DNA of 64,000 nt from Raillietiella orientalis (GCA_036172245.1 JAYWIR010000006.1:2976001-3040000), one strand, 5' to 3'. Positions 1 to 14,019 are shown, counted from the stretch's first letter. Numbers and translations: made by a program. Notes: generated by a model not told the origin, from the letters alone.

Positions 1-399
1 GCGGCTGGCTCTCTTGTATGCAAAGGGACGAGAAGATGGACAGGCCCCAAATAACCCCCTAAACAAAGAGGAGGTGGGAGGGACGGGCCCCACAGATGGG
101 GGCATCCCCCTCCAGAAGGAAACGAAGAGAGCGGCGAAGAGCTCGTAGCAAACGGTGTACGCGCGGGGCGAACTGTTTCGGAAAGCGATCCCGTGATCTT
201 GCACGCAAGGGACAAGAAATGGACAGGCCACGAAGATAGCGACGATGGGAAAGAGTCCCTTTGCCATCGTCGCTCCTTGAAGCCACTCCGTCCGCCGAGT
301 CAACAGGGAGGCTGGCGCTCCTTGATGGGATTACTGACATCCGCAGGACGTCGCGATGTGGGGACGCGGGGACAGAAGATACCCGACGGTGTTCGTGCG

Positions 400-1020
400 A
401 CCTGACTCTTGGGTTCCTCCTGGCCCTCTCTTGATCCCCTCTTTCCCCGGTAAGGTCTCCTTCGTTTTGTGTCTGGTCTGACCAGGTGCCTGATCCTCCT
501 CATTGTGAGGTCACATTTGACCGCACAAAATGACCCTGTGTGCCGGTGCAAGGAGGCAACGCCGGGGGCGAGCACGACCTTGATCGTCTCCGTGCCCCCA
601 GAGCTGGTCTCGCAGAGAGCGGGAGCGGGATGGTATTCCCCCCGTGCGGGAACGAATCCCGAAAGGCACTTCCTGCCTCTTCCTGCCACGAAACGGCCGG
701 CATGTCGTCCAGGGACAGGGCCCGCGGCCCCGGGAAGACGTGGGATCGACATCGCGCGGCTTCTCTCCCTTACTCTTTCCTTCCCTCGCTGAGTGAGGGC
801 GAGGTGTGCTCCCAGTCGCACAGGCTGGGGGCGCCGCCCATCCACAGGATTAGCAGGTCCTACTCCTCCGGATGATGGCGTCGTGGGCGAGTGATGATGC
901 CCTCTAGGACGGCACTCCCGTGCGTCCATAGCGTGGCGATCGAAAGGAGAAACTCCCCTTTCTGGCATGGCTGGCTCTGGAAGGAGGGCCGGCCCCTCTG
1001 GGAGAGGGGCGAAATCCAAT
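400..1020 (-). mobile_element. Highly decayed non-LTR reverse transcriptase remnant
   Basis: Minus-strand frames give, in RT order, GPANPVDGRRPQPVRL (DP..WRPI.L-like), SAFRDSFPH (KAFDSVPH-like) and LTMRRIRH (RGIRQG-like), all frameshifted. Confidence 0.35.
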
Positions 1021-1699
1021 TGCTATCTGCCCATGTGATGCTGACCCTCCCACGCGCCTCTTCCTGTTTTCCCATCGCCTCTTCCCTTCGTTGTCTCTAT
1101 CGTGTGCAGCCGGTCTACGAATCAGCTACCGCTCGACCTTAGGCGCTATGCTGGAAGTCGCTTGCAGCGCATGCCAGCACATGCCGACATGAAACGGATT
1201 GATGCAACCTCCCTGGAAACCGCTACTAAGGAGAGGATGCAGGATGGAAACGAGCAGCCAATGGAAAGATAAGCAAATGGAGGATGAGACGTCCATGCTC
1301 CTTGGTGGTGGATGAGATCGCGAAGGGCCAGGGGATGAAATTGGGTACTCCAGTCGGTCAGGAGCTCCGTCTGCCCGCGATTGCCGCGAGGTTCTCTCTT
1401 TTTCATCCCAGCTTCCAGCTCAGTCCTATTTTCCAGGGAAGGAGACGGCAGCTGTTAGACGGGGGTGTCCACACTCCTCTTTCACGCCGGAGGTCGCCGT
1501 TGCTTGATTTGACAGGAGATGGCAATCGGGGAGCAAAGTGATGGGCCCGAAGAGGCAGAAGTCCGTTCGAGAAGGTCATCGTCGGGGAGTTGGAAGTTCC
1601 CCTTGTATGACCACTCACCCCTACGGCGTTCCAGAGGCACGTGCGGAAAGAAATGACTCTGGAACGCGAGCCTTTCGTCAAGGCGTGGTCCAGTGAAGA

Positions 1700-3580
1700 T
1701 CTGGTTGCGCCACCGGCATTACGGAAGTACTCTGGTGTCCATCAGGAAGTGTGGTATTTCGAATGTTCTCCGGAAAACTTCGAGGGAGATCCGCCCACCT
1801 CCGCTGCGCTCCAAAGCTAGGTCTCTTTGGAGGGAACTCTCTAAATGCTAAAGAAACATTCGCCTTGGGGATCACGAAGCTCTTTGACGCTGTCCACGTC
1901 ACCAGAGGGTGCAAGTTACTCATCAAGTTAGGGGACACCCCGAGATGGGATCATCCTATGAATCCAGGAAGGCTCTGGAGGTAGGAGTCCGTTCCTTTCA
2001 CGCTTGGCAGGAGAGCCCCGGAAGGAACTCTCGTCCAGGTTGATCTCCTAAGGAAACCCCGAAGGGAACCTCTTCCTCATTCTCCTCAGAGGGACTCCCA
2101 GTTTGTAGGGAGAGCTCCTCGTCCCTTTTGCGGGGGGAGCCCGAAAGGGAACTACCCCTTTCTACGTCCTCTGAAGAGAACTCGGAAAGGACACTCCCAA
2201 TTTTCTCTGAGGGGTCACTCCTGAAGGGAGCAGCGCATTTCTTCACGTTCTGAAGAGGCAAGCCCCTGAGGGGGGCATTAGACAGCTCCATGGTGCTAGA
2301 TGAAGGGTCTCCCCAGAGACGGAAAGGAAGCATATCCGGAGGGGAACCCCGAAGGACTCATTGTTTCCTGGAAGGACCCGAAGAGGGGTCCACAACTTCC
2401 AATCCCAGAAGTCACTCAACGGTGGCATTCGGGGGTTTCTGGCTTCTACCAGCGCCGCACCAACTGCATGCTTCGGGAGATCCTGGAAGATTGCGTGGGC
2501 AGCCAGAACCTCTCACGCTGCCGTGCTGCCCTCCCTTGAGGAACACATGGGTAGCAGCTTACGGCTAGATGAGAGGTTACTGTGAAATCTTTAGAAGGAG
2601 AAGAGGACTGGGCAAGTGAACGACGGGCCGCCCGCTGATGCTGCGGTCCCGAGTGCGCGACCACATGGACTTTTTCTCTGGCGCGTGCTACTGGGTATTC
2701 CGGAGGAAGACCTGCAGTGATCCCGGTGCTCATGAACACCCGCACCCTCCTCTTGAAGTGGCAGTCGGCGTTCACACTGCTGCACTGGAGCCTCCCGTGC
2801 AATGCCCGCCGCCATCATTGGACACGGGTGTGTGGACTCAAACTGTGCAAGGTGCGGGGAGAGGGAATCCCTCCCACACCTCCTAGTAGACTGTGTTGCT
2901 CTCCGGCTCCTTTGCGGATGCTTTGCTGCGACCCTTGGAACCCCCGGTGGCAACGCCAGAGATGTTTCAAAGCGCCTCTTCCTGAGAGACGCCCTCACGC
3001 CGGCCGCATCCCTAGCAGCAGTATTCTGTTGCCTACGCGGCGGGACCGTGGCTGCATGGAGCAGCAACGCCAGAGGGCAAAACGACAGAAACGCCATTTA
3101 TTGTGCTCTCCTTTTCATGAGGACAGCGTCAAGATGTCTCATCTGGGAGTCTTGAAACAGGAACTTGCCGGCATCCTTACAAGGATGCAGAGGAAAGCAC
3201 CCGGTGATCCCTTCCCGAAAACCTCCATTTTTTGACTGCTTGTTTTATTTTTCTTTTTGCTTGTTTCCCCTTCCCCTGTGCTGCCGAGGTTTTCCCGCTT
3301 ACCTGAGTGCCAGTTCCCGGCAGGTTCCTTCTTGTATTCATAAATAACATGGCAGGATCAAACGTCCTGCCACAGATATGTATGTTTATTTTATAAATTA
3401 ACGCCCCGGCGTCATCGAGTGTCAACCAGTGCTGCACCCGAAGTCCGTAGGCCAACCAGAGTTGTCCTGCGGAGGGAACTCGTCACCCGTGACGCACCTT
3501 TAAATGGGTGCGTCGTGGATTCAAACGTATTCGGGTATTCGAACCTGCAACGCTTGATGCCACGCACGACCTCCAGCGAG
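1700..3580 (-). mobile_element. tRNA-headed SINE-like element, copy 1 (long-tail form), interrupted by a LINE at 2462-3424
   Basis: Head near 3525-3580 (ggtattcgaacc = reverse B box). Body 1850-2461 is homologous to the other copies (gaagctctttgacgctgtccacgtcacc, gaatccaggaaggctc). The extension below 1850 matches 29560-29690. Confidence 0.75.
2462..3424 (+). mobile_element. 5'-truncated L1/Tx1-type LINE (ORF2 C-terminus and 3' UTR) inserted into a SINE
   Basis: Zinc finger CARCGERESLPHLLVDC (ORF 2802-3155). 3' UTR shared with 25811-26170 and 30188-30678. Flanked by a 14-bp direct repeat: accagcgccgcacc (2448-2461) and accagtgctgcacc (3425-3438). Confidence 0.85.
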
Positions 3581-3649
3581 GGCGAGGTCTCCGGGCTTTG
3601 CATCGCGCACCAGCCGACGCGTCCTCGATAGCTCAAGGGATGTGGCGAT

Positions 3650-4850
3650 GCTCGTCATTCTGTTGGTGGCACCTCCCGCGCGGCAGAAGTCGTCCACCTC
3701 TTCCTCGTCCCTCCGATGAGTGGCAGGCTGTTTGTCTGTGTCTGAACGGCCTCGTTATGCTTCTTAAGAAGCAGGTGGCCGTGTCGTTGAGGATCTTGCC
3801 GAGGCAGATTTTTCCCAAGCGAGCATGATAGTAGCTCTTGGATGAAAGGTCCCCCCCCCCCCATACACACACAGACACACCACGCCACTTCCTGGTGCCA
3901 AGAAGCGTTCTTGTTGAAGGAGAGGCGAGGAATCTCAAAAGTCAGAGGCCCTTCAGCAGCAGCACGGAGAAGAAATTCGTCCACACCCGCATCCGCATGG
4001 AAGGGTCGAGGCATGACAGCCGCAATCGCGTCGCCTTCTTCGGCGGAATGAGCTCGGAAAAGGGGACAAGGGCGAGAGCTCCCCGCAACCTCGCCACGAT
4101 GGCCATGATCGCGTCGTGGGCGGACGGGCACGCGCGTCTTCTGCTGCCAAGTGAGGTGCCCAAAGGGAGGTGTGGAAGTGGTAGATGACTAGGGAAGCTC
4201 CCAAACTTCGAGCGTGGAGTCGAGGAAGCGTTGAGAAAGCGAAGAGCGTGAAAAAAGGAAGGCATCTGATGGAGAACGAGCTTTCTCAAGAACCGGAAGA
4301 ACGGTCGAGGGACCCCAGGTGGAAGCCCTGATTTTCTGCTGTCGAATCTGCAGCTCCCGTTCCTGCCAGTCTCTGCAGCTGCCTCCCAGTCCTACCTGCG
4401 ACTCCGAAACTCTCGGAACGATCAATCGAATTTCGTGCCAGCGATTCCTCGCGTCATCACCGTTAATGCAGGTACGTCAGAAAAAGTAGGAAGAGAGGGG
4501 GCGAGAGTCAGGGAAGAACATGGCGAGCATGGCGTTGGAGCCGTGATGAAGAGCACCACCATCTCAGGAGCTGCTTCCAGGATTCAGGGACATCAACAGC
4601 TCGAAAGGAAAGCAGATCAAGACGGCTGCTGCGAAGTTTGCAAGATGGAAAAGAACAAGTTGTTTCCTCGTTACGATGACAACCAGACCATCCATTTCGA
4701 TCCCGCGTAGCTGCCGTTCCCGTGCCGAAAGCCAACTGGGGCTGCTGGCTCCGCAGCCGCGAGCCAACCGGAGCGAGCGAATCCGAGTGCGACTTCTCTA
4801 CCCGACCGTGAAAATGGAACATGCTACATAGTCGTCGCAGAGACACTTCT
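3650..4850 (-). mobile_element. Decayed LINE AP-endonuclease region
   Basis: Minus-strand ARSPSDAFLFS (SRLDRFL-like) followed by FPSHLPL (SDH.PL-like); many frameshifts. Confidence 0.4.
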
Positions 4851-4859
4851 TCCTGTGGC

Positions 4860-5170
4860 GCTCTCCTCCTGCCGCATCCCTGTGGATGATGGAAAAATCC
4901 TTTTGGTTTCCGTTCTCACTTCCTTCCTTCCCGCTTCTTTTTTTTGTTGTTTCGGGTTTTCATTTTTTTTGGTTCTTTCCAGGAGTGCTGAAGAACCGCT
5001 CGCCTCCTCAGAAGGGGGGCTCTTAAACACCGCCCACACCGCATGAAGGTGAATGTGACTCTTCAAGTTATAGGAGGGACAACCCTATGAATCAAGGCAT
5101 CGATCCTTCCCCGGGAGGAATCCGAACCCGCGACACTCGGTGTTGCCCTTGGAAAGGCCGCCGCCACGAG
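4860..5170 (-). mobile_element. Internally deleted copy of the tRNA-headed SINE
   Basis: Head (gatccttccccgggaggaatccgaacccgcgac, ~5100-5135) is joined almost directly to the tail (ggagtgctgaagaaccgctcgc plus a T-rich run). The tail matches 11670-11800. Confidence 0.7.
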
Positions 5171-7169
5171 GCCGTCGACGCGGGCAGAAGAGCAAAAGCG
5201 CGAGGCGGAAGAGGAACCTGAGCCAGATCCGGGATGGAGGGAGGATTCCCGGCGACTCGGGGAGAATGCAGCACGAAGAAACCAAGGTTCTGGAAGACGC
5301 GGACCCCATCGAGGTCGCAAAGGCGATGCTGGCGAAGACCGGACGCTAGACGCGAGGAAGGGCGGACTCCCGGACAGAGAACAGGAAGGCCAACAGCCCA
5401 TGAGGAACCCCCCCGCGGAGCGGCACGACCCAGAGGCAGCGGCAGGATCCCAGTTGCAGCCGGCGGAATGCCCGAAAGCGGGAGCACAGGCAGGCGGGGC
5501 AGGACCGCCGCGAAGCGAAAGTCTTCGAGCAGGAAGCGGGACGAAAGGTGCCGGTCGGAGGACGGAATTGCTACCGCAACACGCCGGCTGCCTGCGTCCC
5601 GCTATCGGTTCCCTTGATCGTTTCGCTCTCGGGTCGTGCGTTCCACACTGACACGGAAACCCGGGCGAGCCATTAATTCCGGTTAAAGGATTTTCCATGG
5701 CCTTCTCTCCCAACCGGCTGCGAACCCGTAAAAGAACGGCGTCTTGCGTGCTCTGCTTGCCACGAGAAAGTCACGTGAGGAGCGCATTTCCCGGTCGAGT
5801 CCCCATTGGCCTCATTCAGCCCTAATAACAATCGTCTGCTTGCGATTGATCTTTCCTTGATGCCCGCTTTTCCACGCTTTTCGCAACGCATGATCGGAAT
5901 GCGGGGCCTTGCTGCAGCTCTTCCATCTTCCCATCAATTCTTCCGGACGTCAAGACCGAAAGCAGCGCTCTGTAATGCACACCTTCCTCACTGATGCTCT
6001 TCCCAGAGGAATACTGTGCTTCTCATAAATTTCCTTACGCCTATCATATTTGCTTACTGCTCTTCGCATCTTGTCGCTGAGGCGGTTACATTCTTATTTA
6101 AGGGTTTGTCACTGTCCTTCCTTCCTTCCCCCTTTCTTTATTTTCTTCTTTCCTGTCCCTCCTGTTTCTCTCTCTCTCTCGCGCTTCGTCTCGCTCGCTC
6201 CTCGGCCTCTCTGCTGCATCATCCATAATTCAGGCCTTCCTGGCAATTCACTCAGGAGCGCCGCAGTAGCCTTGCGCTGCGAACGCACAGGATGGCTTCC
6301 CTGGTCTCTTAAAGTGGGGACGCAGCCACGGTTCAGGGTACCATCTTGTATCCGTCAGGACATCCGTGATCTCTCGAGATAAGCACAGCTTCAGCCTCGG
6401 GGGAGGGGGGGAGGTGCACAGGAGGAGTGTGGAAGCATCAAGGAAGTGAACGCGGCGGTGACTTGTGAGCGTTTCCCTGCTCCAGCCTCTGGTCCTGGTT
6501 CCCAGGGAAACCCGAGCATGCTCTTTGGAGCTACGAGTTTTCCCCGAGCGCGCTCTCTCCGAGAGGGATGCGGAAGGGAGCGCGGGGCGAACGGATCGGG
6601 CAAGGTGCCCCGCACCACCTCTGCCACATCCGGGCATGCTCTGAAGTCTTCCAGCCGTTCATGCTGGGGTCAGAATTAGGTTGCCTCTGGCTTCGCCGTG
6701 GGAACTGGATCCTGCAGCGAATCGTGGGCAGCAGCCCTATTTCCAAACTCTGGGCTTTCCCTGGAAGCCTACCGCGCCCCGTCCCGACGCAGTCTCTTCT
6801 GACCTCTTCCGTAGTCGCCCTTGTCTCGCCTGGGAGGGTCTCCCGCCACGCCTTTGGAGCATTGCGGCCGGCTCTTCGCCATCACCACCTTCCGATCACG
6901 GAGGTGCGTGGGAGGCACGTGCGACATCCGCGACCGGGAACCCCCGCTGGCACCCTCTCTGCCAGTTCCCGACCTCTTCGAAATTTGGGAAGATTCGCTT
7001 CGAGGGAACCATGCGTCCCTGTTTGAACGACTCGTGGAGCGCGGAAGGGTTAGGCATCCTCCGTGCGAGGAACACGCTCCGGGCCTCGTCTTCCGCCACA
7101 GCACTGGCTCTGGAACCACGACCGCGCCGTAGACGCCCGCTCGATCCTTCCGACTGGGGAAAAAACTTT

Positions 7170-10100
7170 ATCCCGACATCCACCGTCCCGTGGATCTGAC
7201 GGCTCGCGGAACGAAAGAGCGGACCATCAACTCGTTAAGCCGACTGCAGCAGCGATGGGCCGATGATGACTGCGCTTTGATGTTCGCCCGAAAGTGGATC
7301 ATTCCGAGCACGAGCGCTCGAGGCTCCGAAGGAGGCATCGCGTTTCTGACGCCGCCAGCGTCAAGTCGGCGGGTTCTCGGAATGAGCTGCGTCCGAAAGA
7401 GGGGGACGCGTAATCAAAGGCGTATCCGGAGGGATCAGAGATACTGCGGCACGATGATCCCCGTCCGAACTTGGGAAGAGAGGAACCTGCACTCGGACGC
7501 TTCGCCGATCTTCGCGGCCGCTCTAGAAGAGCGGAGACCGCCAGGATGAACTCTCGGTCATCCCCGACGCATCTTGATGAATGGCACGCCCGTCTGAATC
7601 CGTTTATTAACGAGGGGGGATTTTCGTGGTCCACTCTCCTCCTCCCCCCCCACCTCGATCGGACTGAGTTCTCCCAAGGAGCATATGGGGAGGAGAACCA
7701 CATCCGATGTGCACCCACGGTTTCCTCTCAGTAGTGGCAGACTGCAGCTTCCAGATCGACGTTTCCCCTCGATTCGACGCTCGTTTCAACACGCCGGCGC
7801 CTCAGGTGGCAGTGACTCCGGAAAAATTCATTGCGCCCACACTCTTCTCATCCTTACGGGAGCAGGGAGTTCCTTTCGTCTGGACTTCCTTCCTTTAATT
7901 TGGGACCAGTCTCCTGGAGCGAATTCCCGAATCTCTCTCCCTCAAAAAAAACAAACAAACAAAAAAGAAAGATCGATTCGGTGCAAAACTACCTTCCTGG
8001 CTGCGAGGATTGCTCTTGTGAAGGGAACCCTGAAGAGGCCCAATTTCCCTGAAGGGAGCTCGCAGAAGGGAGCAGCGCGCTTCCTACACTCTGGAAAGGG
8101 AACCCGCGAGGGGGTTATCAACCATCTCCATGGTACGCGATAGAGGGGGTCTAGTTTCTTCTTGGGAAGGGAGACGGCTTCATTTTCTCAACCAGATGGA
8201 AATCCTGAAGGACCCCGGAGGGTCGCCTTCCAGTTCCGTCCACGCAACAAGGACATCCGCCTTCCACCAGTGTCGTACCCGAAAGGGATTAGAAAACGTC
8301 ATCTTGCTGGGGGCCTCGAAACCCGCGAGGCCCCCCCTTCATTTCTGAGTCCATCTTTCCCTGGGCGGGATTCGAACGCGCGACGTCCAATGTCCCGAGC
8401 GCGGAGAGACCGCAGCCACCACAGCCTCTAGCGTGGGTCCATCAGTGTCCTTCTCATCGCCTTCTATGATTTTCGCTGCACCCGGATCCCGTGAACCCCG
8501 GCGCGAGGCCAAGATTGAGGACCGTCACTCGTGCGACGATCGAACTCACCCTTCCTGCCGGCGCCCGTGGCGCTGCCGAGATCGCGCGATGCTTCGCAGC
8601 GCGCTTCCTCATCGCACCGGCAAAACACAGCCTGCGTCCGGGCCACACCGGCGGTTGCGAGCTGCTGCGGACGCTCTCCCGTCCCCTTGAAAGAGCCTCT
8701 CCAAAGATTATCTTCCCGGGAGATATTGCAGCTGATTAGGCCGGCGGCGAAGCGAGTCTGCGATGGCACCCAAGGGTGCCAAGTTTTCTTACTCCACGGA
8801 GCCGTTGCTCATCGATCAACGAGGAGAGGTAATGGAAATGAGTATCGGGAAGACAGTGGGCAGGAGCTGGTTGAACCATCTGGAGGAGAGATACTTTCGC
8901 CTCTAAAATTCTCTCTCTGCTGTTTGCCCTCCTTCCACGGGTTCATTCGTGGTCCTTGGCAACCCGCCGTGGTCAACGCTTTTCTTTTTCCTCTTTGTGT
9001 TACTCTTCATTTTCGTCCAAGGGAGAGCTCAAACCGCATCATCATATGGCTAGGAACCGCACTTCCTTCAGCATGGGAAAGCCGTCCACGTGGTCATATT
9101 CCGTACTCCTTTGCAAGGGATTAATCGAAACGCAGGATCACGATCTCTCTCGTCTCAATCTTCCGTCCTCCTCCTCTTTTCAAGGAAGGACACCACACCT
9201 CCAGGCGCGAAAACTCTTGCTCTCCTTCCGAGATGAACCTCTGGACCCCCAAGCAGAGTGGATCGACCGAAACGGAGACTGACTGCTCCAAGCAGACATA
9301 GTCTGCGACGCATCCTTTGCTGACACTAAGCGTTCCCCGAGCAAGAAAGGGTGGCTCCGCAGGCTTCTCGTCTTGCGTCGTCGAGTTGTCGGCCCTGTGC
9401 AAGAAACAATCGGCCTCCTCGAAAGGCGTCTGGATGGCCGAATTCTTTCTCCAAAGGGTCTGATCCTCAGTGCAGGTCGCTTCCTCGTGCAGACATCCAC
9501 GGGGGAGGTGGAGCGGGAGTTCGAGCGAGGGGGAGACGGAACGAACGAACGGAGCGGAGTCCTCACACCCCCTATGAAAGTGGACTGCAGCTCCGGTGGG
9601 TGACTACGCTGACCCGGACGAACGGCACTACACTGTCTACCCGCGAACAGTAATGTCTGACTCCAGGAAACCGCTCTCATGAGGGCGAGGAACCAAGAGA
9701 GATACAGGAATAGGTCCAGAGATTCCTGCACGGGCCTTACAGGAGCTGCTCGCTCCGGGAGATCCTCGAACATCTCGGAAAGAGTGAGTGGGCAGGAACA
9801 ACCTCCCTTACCGCAGCGCTGCCCTCCCTGAGGAAACACACGGGAAGCAGCATTCCGACAAGATGGGAGTCATCCACGGATATCTCCGTCAGGACAAAAG
9901 AACTGCGTTGAATGGATGACGGGCCAGCTTACTAATCCTGCGACCCCTGATCCTCCGATTCTGCTGTCCTCTGATTCCTCTGGGAACTCTTCGCCGCGAC
10001 CCTAGGAACCCCCCAGCGGCAACTCCAGGGACGCTCTGAAACCCCTTGTCGTTCGCGACGCCCCTCGACCCGCAGTCTCTCCAGCAGCTCTCTGCTGCCT

Positions 10101-10515
10101 AGGTGGGATGATAGCTATCTGGAACGATGCAAGAGGAGGGCACAGCGACAGTGCGTCATATCCACTTCGCCGTCCGCTTGATGAGGATGGTAACAAGATG
10201 GCCCCATCTGAAGGACTGTATACAGCAAGAGCTTGTCAGTATCCCCAAAAGGATGCAGAGAGCCATCCCCAGCAGGGCGCGACCCCTTCCCGCACCCCTC
10301 CTTCCCAAAGTTCATTTATTTATTATTATTTTTGTTTCGTTTTCTTTTTGTTTTCCCCTCCCCTCTGATGCCGTGGCTGACCTCACCGTCCTGCAAACAG
10401 GTAAGCTGGCAGGCTCCCATTGAAATTCACGTGGTTGGACCAGTGGTCTAACCACAATCTTTGTAGAATTTTTATTTTTACGTTAAACAAACGCCACGGC
10501 CCGCCCGGGTGACAA
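7170..10515 (+). mobile_element. Decayed L1/Tx1-type LINE ORF2 to 3' end, interrupted by a SINE at ~8020-8430
   Basis: Endonuclease motifs SARGSEGGIAFL (~7310) and an SRID-like segment (~7750). LQRLSSREILQLI..KRVCDG (~8700) resembles the pre-RT region. 9750-10350 is homologous to 2470-3290. Terminal hairpin acgccacggcccgcccgggtgacaac at ~10491-10516. Confidence 0.7.
8020..8430 (-). mobile_element. tRNA-headed SINE copy lacking its 3' part, empty LINE target site
   Basis: gggcgggattcgaacgcgcgac near 8365-8385; body homology; unoccupied site accagtgtcgtacc at 8266-8279. Confidence 0.7.
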
Positions 10516-10979
10516 CTGTGAAGGTGGAGTTGCCGGCAGCCAGTTTGTGGCCGGAACTCAAATAACCAACTCCAGCAGTGGCGCCTGTTGTCGACTTCCG
10601 TCTGATGGTTCCGGAGGCCTCGAGTCTTGGCTTTCCTGACCGTTCAGCAGGAAGACGGAGGTGGCTGCAGAGGTTAGAAAAGCTACGACTGCGTCGGAGC
10701 AAGTGAGAAGCTTTAGTGTTCGGCTGATCGGACGGGAGAACGTGAAAGCTCTCAAGAACGCATAGGAGGGAATTCCTTCCCAGTCCCAGGAGGGATCCTC
10801 CGATTCCGGCAGACCCCATATGCCGGGTGCGGTTCTTCCGATGGCCATAATTTAACTGCCTTGGAGTGGAAACACCGAGAAGATCCGACGAGCGGTCACG
10901 TTGGAGGCCGAATGCGTCTGGACACCGGGAGGCAGACACCCCTTTCTTGGGTAGCAGCCCGCAGTGCTTTAAGCGGGCG

Positions 10980-11800
10980 CCTTGGCGGCCGTGTGGCTGC
11001 GGCGGTATGCGCGCCACACGCGGAGTTGTCGATAGTTGCAGGTTCGGAAGAGTCGGCGCCGAGAACTGGAGTGCGTCATGGGTTTTGCGTTCTCCCCTCA
11101 GGAGACTCAAAACCCAAGACGCTGTTTGACTTGCAGACATCGAGTGCAGCACCATCGGAAGCAGCTGGAAACCCCAGGATGCCTCCGTTGAGTGACCAGC
11201 ATTGGAAGTTAACCCTTTGGGATCCTTTCAGGGCTGCTGAAGGAGCACCGATCCCCTTCGAGGTTCTCCTCTGGTTGTGCAAACTGAGTCTTTCCCTCCC
11301 CCTTTTGGTGGGACCCCTCTATCTCGTACCGTGGGACTGGTGGATTATGGATACCTCTCCAGAGTGTCCAAGAGGCACACTCTGCTCTCTTCCGGGTTCT
11401 CTTCAGAGAAGGAGCGGTCCCTTCTTGGGTTCCCCTAGGAGAAGAAACGAGGAGCGACGCTCAGCAACCAGGAGTTCCTCCAGAGACAACAAAAGGTTCC
11501 CTTCGGCTCCCTAACAAGCGTAAGAGGAACGGACTCCTTCCTCTAGAGCCTTCCTGGCTTCATAGGGGGTTACTCCTCTGGGGCTGCGCTGTATAAATTG
11601 AAGTCACACGCACCCTCGAGTGATGTAGGCAGTGTTAAAGAGCTTCGTGAGGCCTCCCATCCCGAGGAAGCGAACGGCTCTTCAGCACTCCTTGAGAAAC
11701 CCAAAAGGAAAAGAAAAAAAAAACTCGAAACAAAAAAAAAGCTGGATGGGAAGCAGAGAAACCAAAGGCTTCCCTTCTTCCTTCGTCAATAGGGACGCTG
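10980..11800 (+). mobile_element. tRNA-headed SINE copy, near full length
   Basis: Starts ttggcggccgtgtggctgcgg; degenerate B box ggttcgga at 11041; body gggttctcttcagagaagg...gaggaacggactccttc; A-rich run at 11695-11740. Confidence 0.75.
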
Positions 11801-11971
11801 TCTCCGTGAGATCGCTACTAACCTCTTCCTTTTTAAAAAAAAAAAAAAAAAAAAGTGGCAGACGTTTCTCGAAATTTCTATCTAAAACAACACGATCTCT
11901 CCATAGCGGAAGGCTGAGATGGGTTCCCGGGGCGACCGTGCACAAATCAGTGGAAGGGAGCCACAGGAAGT

Positions 11972-12830
11972 TTTCCACCCGGTTTTGCCCGGGGCATTCA
12001 TTATTAAACAAAATGATAGTGTTTAACAGTGGTGAAACACTTGGTGCCCGGAACTTTCATGACCGGTACGTAGACCGGCGAGGTCCGTTTCCACAGGAAG
12101 GGAAAACCGGGAAAAAAAAGAAACAGACAAAAAGGAAAAACGGGCGGAAAAGTTTCATTGGGGAGTTGGTGGGGACAGGGGATGGGATTACACTTCTCTG
12201 GGAGGCGTTCTCAACATCCTGTCCAGGATACTGAGAAGTTCCACCCATATCTTGCCCAGGTGGGGCCATCTCGAGGCGGTCTTGAATTGAATGCCGTACC
12301 TTCCATCCAGTTCTCTTCCGGTCTTCTACGCCGCCAGAGTTCCGCAAAGACTGCAGAGCATTGTGAGAGATGAGGCTGACGGCACAGGGACACTCGCAAA
12401 GAGGCGCCTGCAAATGTCCCTAAGGCCGTCAACCAGGATTCTCGTGTCCAGTGATGAGGGCGCGCTTTGCATGGGATTCCCCAGTGCACCACGAGCAACG
12501 CCAACACCTGCCACTCTAGGAGGAGGATGCCGCTGCTCCAGCACGCCGGAAGCCACTCCACCTCCTCTGGAGGTATTGCAAGCAGCTCGCCCTAGCGTAC
12601 AAGTCCTTTTCAGCTGGACACTCGAGCCACTGAAAGTCGGTCCAAGAAGAACGGCCACCAGGTGAGGAGGGTGGCGTGGGTGGACCTCCACGCCTTAGCA
12701 AACTTTGAGACCGGAGGCGGAAGGTCGCCTTGGTTCACCGGTTCTGACAAGACAGCATCCTTCCGGGCACGCAGTAGGGTCAGCACTGGTCGGCAATTTG
12801 ATCCAGGCCTCCTCTTCGCTACGATGGCCA
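11972..12830 (-). mobile_element. L1/Tx1-type LINE 3' fragment with its 3' terminus
   Basis: Reverse terminal hairpin cacccggttttgcccggggcatt (~11976-11998). Minus frame LLEWQVLALLVVHWGIPCKARPHHWTR is homologous to LLKWQSAFTLLHWSLPCNARRHHWTR at ~2750-2830. Confidence 0.75.
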
Positions 12831-13739
12831 GCAGGCACGTCGGAGGCTGCGAAGAAAAGAAAAAAAGGAAAGAGCCGCTAGAAATGAGATACAATCAATT
12901 CGTTCCAGTCCCGGCAATCACCAGACTTCTTACACTCTAACCATTTATAACCACCGCTTCAATCCCCCCCCCCCCCCTGCTCGCATTTTCATGCTTCGTG
13001 AATAATCGTGCAGCCGTTGCCTAGCAAATTAACAAACAAAAGTTTACCGTGTGCATTGCATTTCGATGCCTGGGCTCTAAAACGCTTAATGTTCTTCTCA
13101 AGTGCCTACTTAACGAGGTGCTCCTCTTCTTTATATGGGGAATGTGAAAAGAGGAAAGAGAGACGGGGGGGGAGAAAGGAGAGAAAACGTGGCCTTCCCT
13201 CTTGCATCCCGTCCAATCTACAGAGCGAAAGGCTGCAAAGGTACGAGGATCATTGAACGATTTCAGCGGCATGATCGATGGAAAGTTTATGAGCGGACTG
13301 ATGATCGGCAAGCTCCAGAAGCGCACGAGCCATCCCTTGCACGATGAGGCTGAGCTCCCTCCGCTACTACGCGACCTGGATGGGGATCGTCTCGATCGTG
13401 GGAGCTCTCGGAGATCAGAAGGGCTCCCTCCTCGCACTTACCTTCCTGCCCGCCCTTGATTGGACACGGATTCTCAGCAGAGCAAGCATCAGGGAAAAAC
13501 CGTTGCATAGGAAGAGCAGCAGCAGAGTCTGAGTGTCTGCCATTTTCCCCGCGAGAATCCCCCCCCTCCTCGATCGAAGCGGATGGAGCCCTAATAAGAA
13601 AACAAAAAGCTTACGCTTACTCAGCTCCGAATGAGCACTCTATTTTTTTTTTTCTTTTCTTTTTTATTGAGGACCTCCACACCTCCCTTGAGATGCCAGA
13701 TCGTTCCCAGTCTGGAAGGAACTGATTCGTGCTCTCGAG

Positions 13740-14010
13740 TGCATCTTTGGTTTGGGGCCCTGCCCGTGCCGGGGGCACCCGGTAGGGGAGAACGCTCAAG
13801 CGCGGCTCGTCTGCGCGCGCTCGATTTGCGGCACGCGCTTCGCAGAGGCCGATGGAGACCCCCAGAGCGGCGTGGACGGTGCCATCTTCCTCGAAAGGGT
13901 CACTTTCCCGAGTCTGCGCACCTTTCTCGCGCTCAGCGGGCGACCCGCGGTGTCGGACAACTCTCCGACGCCTCTGAGGTGCGAAGTCGCTTCAAAGATC
14001 GCAGTGTGAA
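13740..14010 (+). mobile_element. LINE AP-endonuclease fragment
   Basis: GAIFLERVTF (SRLDR.F-like) then PAVSDNSPTPL (SDH.P-like) in ORF 13752-14009. Confidence 0.35.
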
Positions 14011-14019
14011 GGGAAGCGG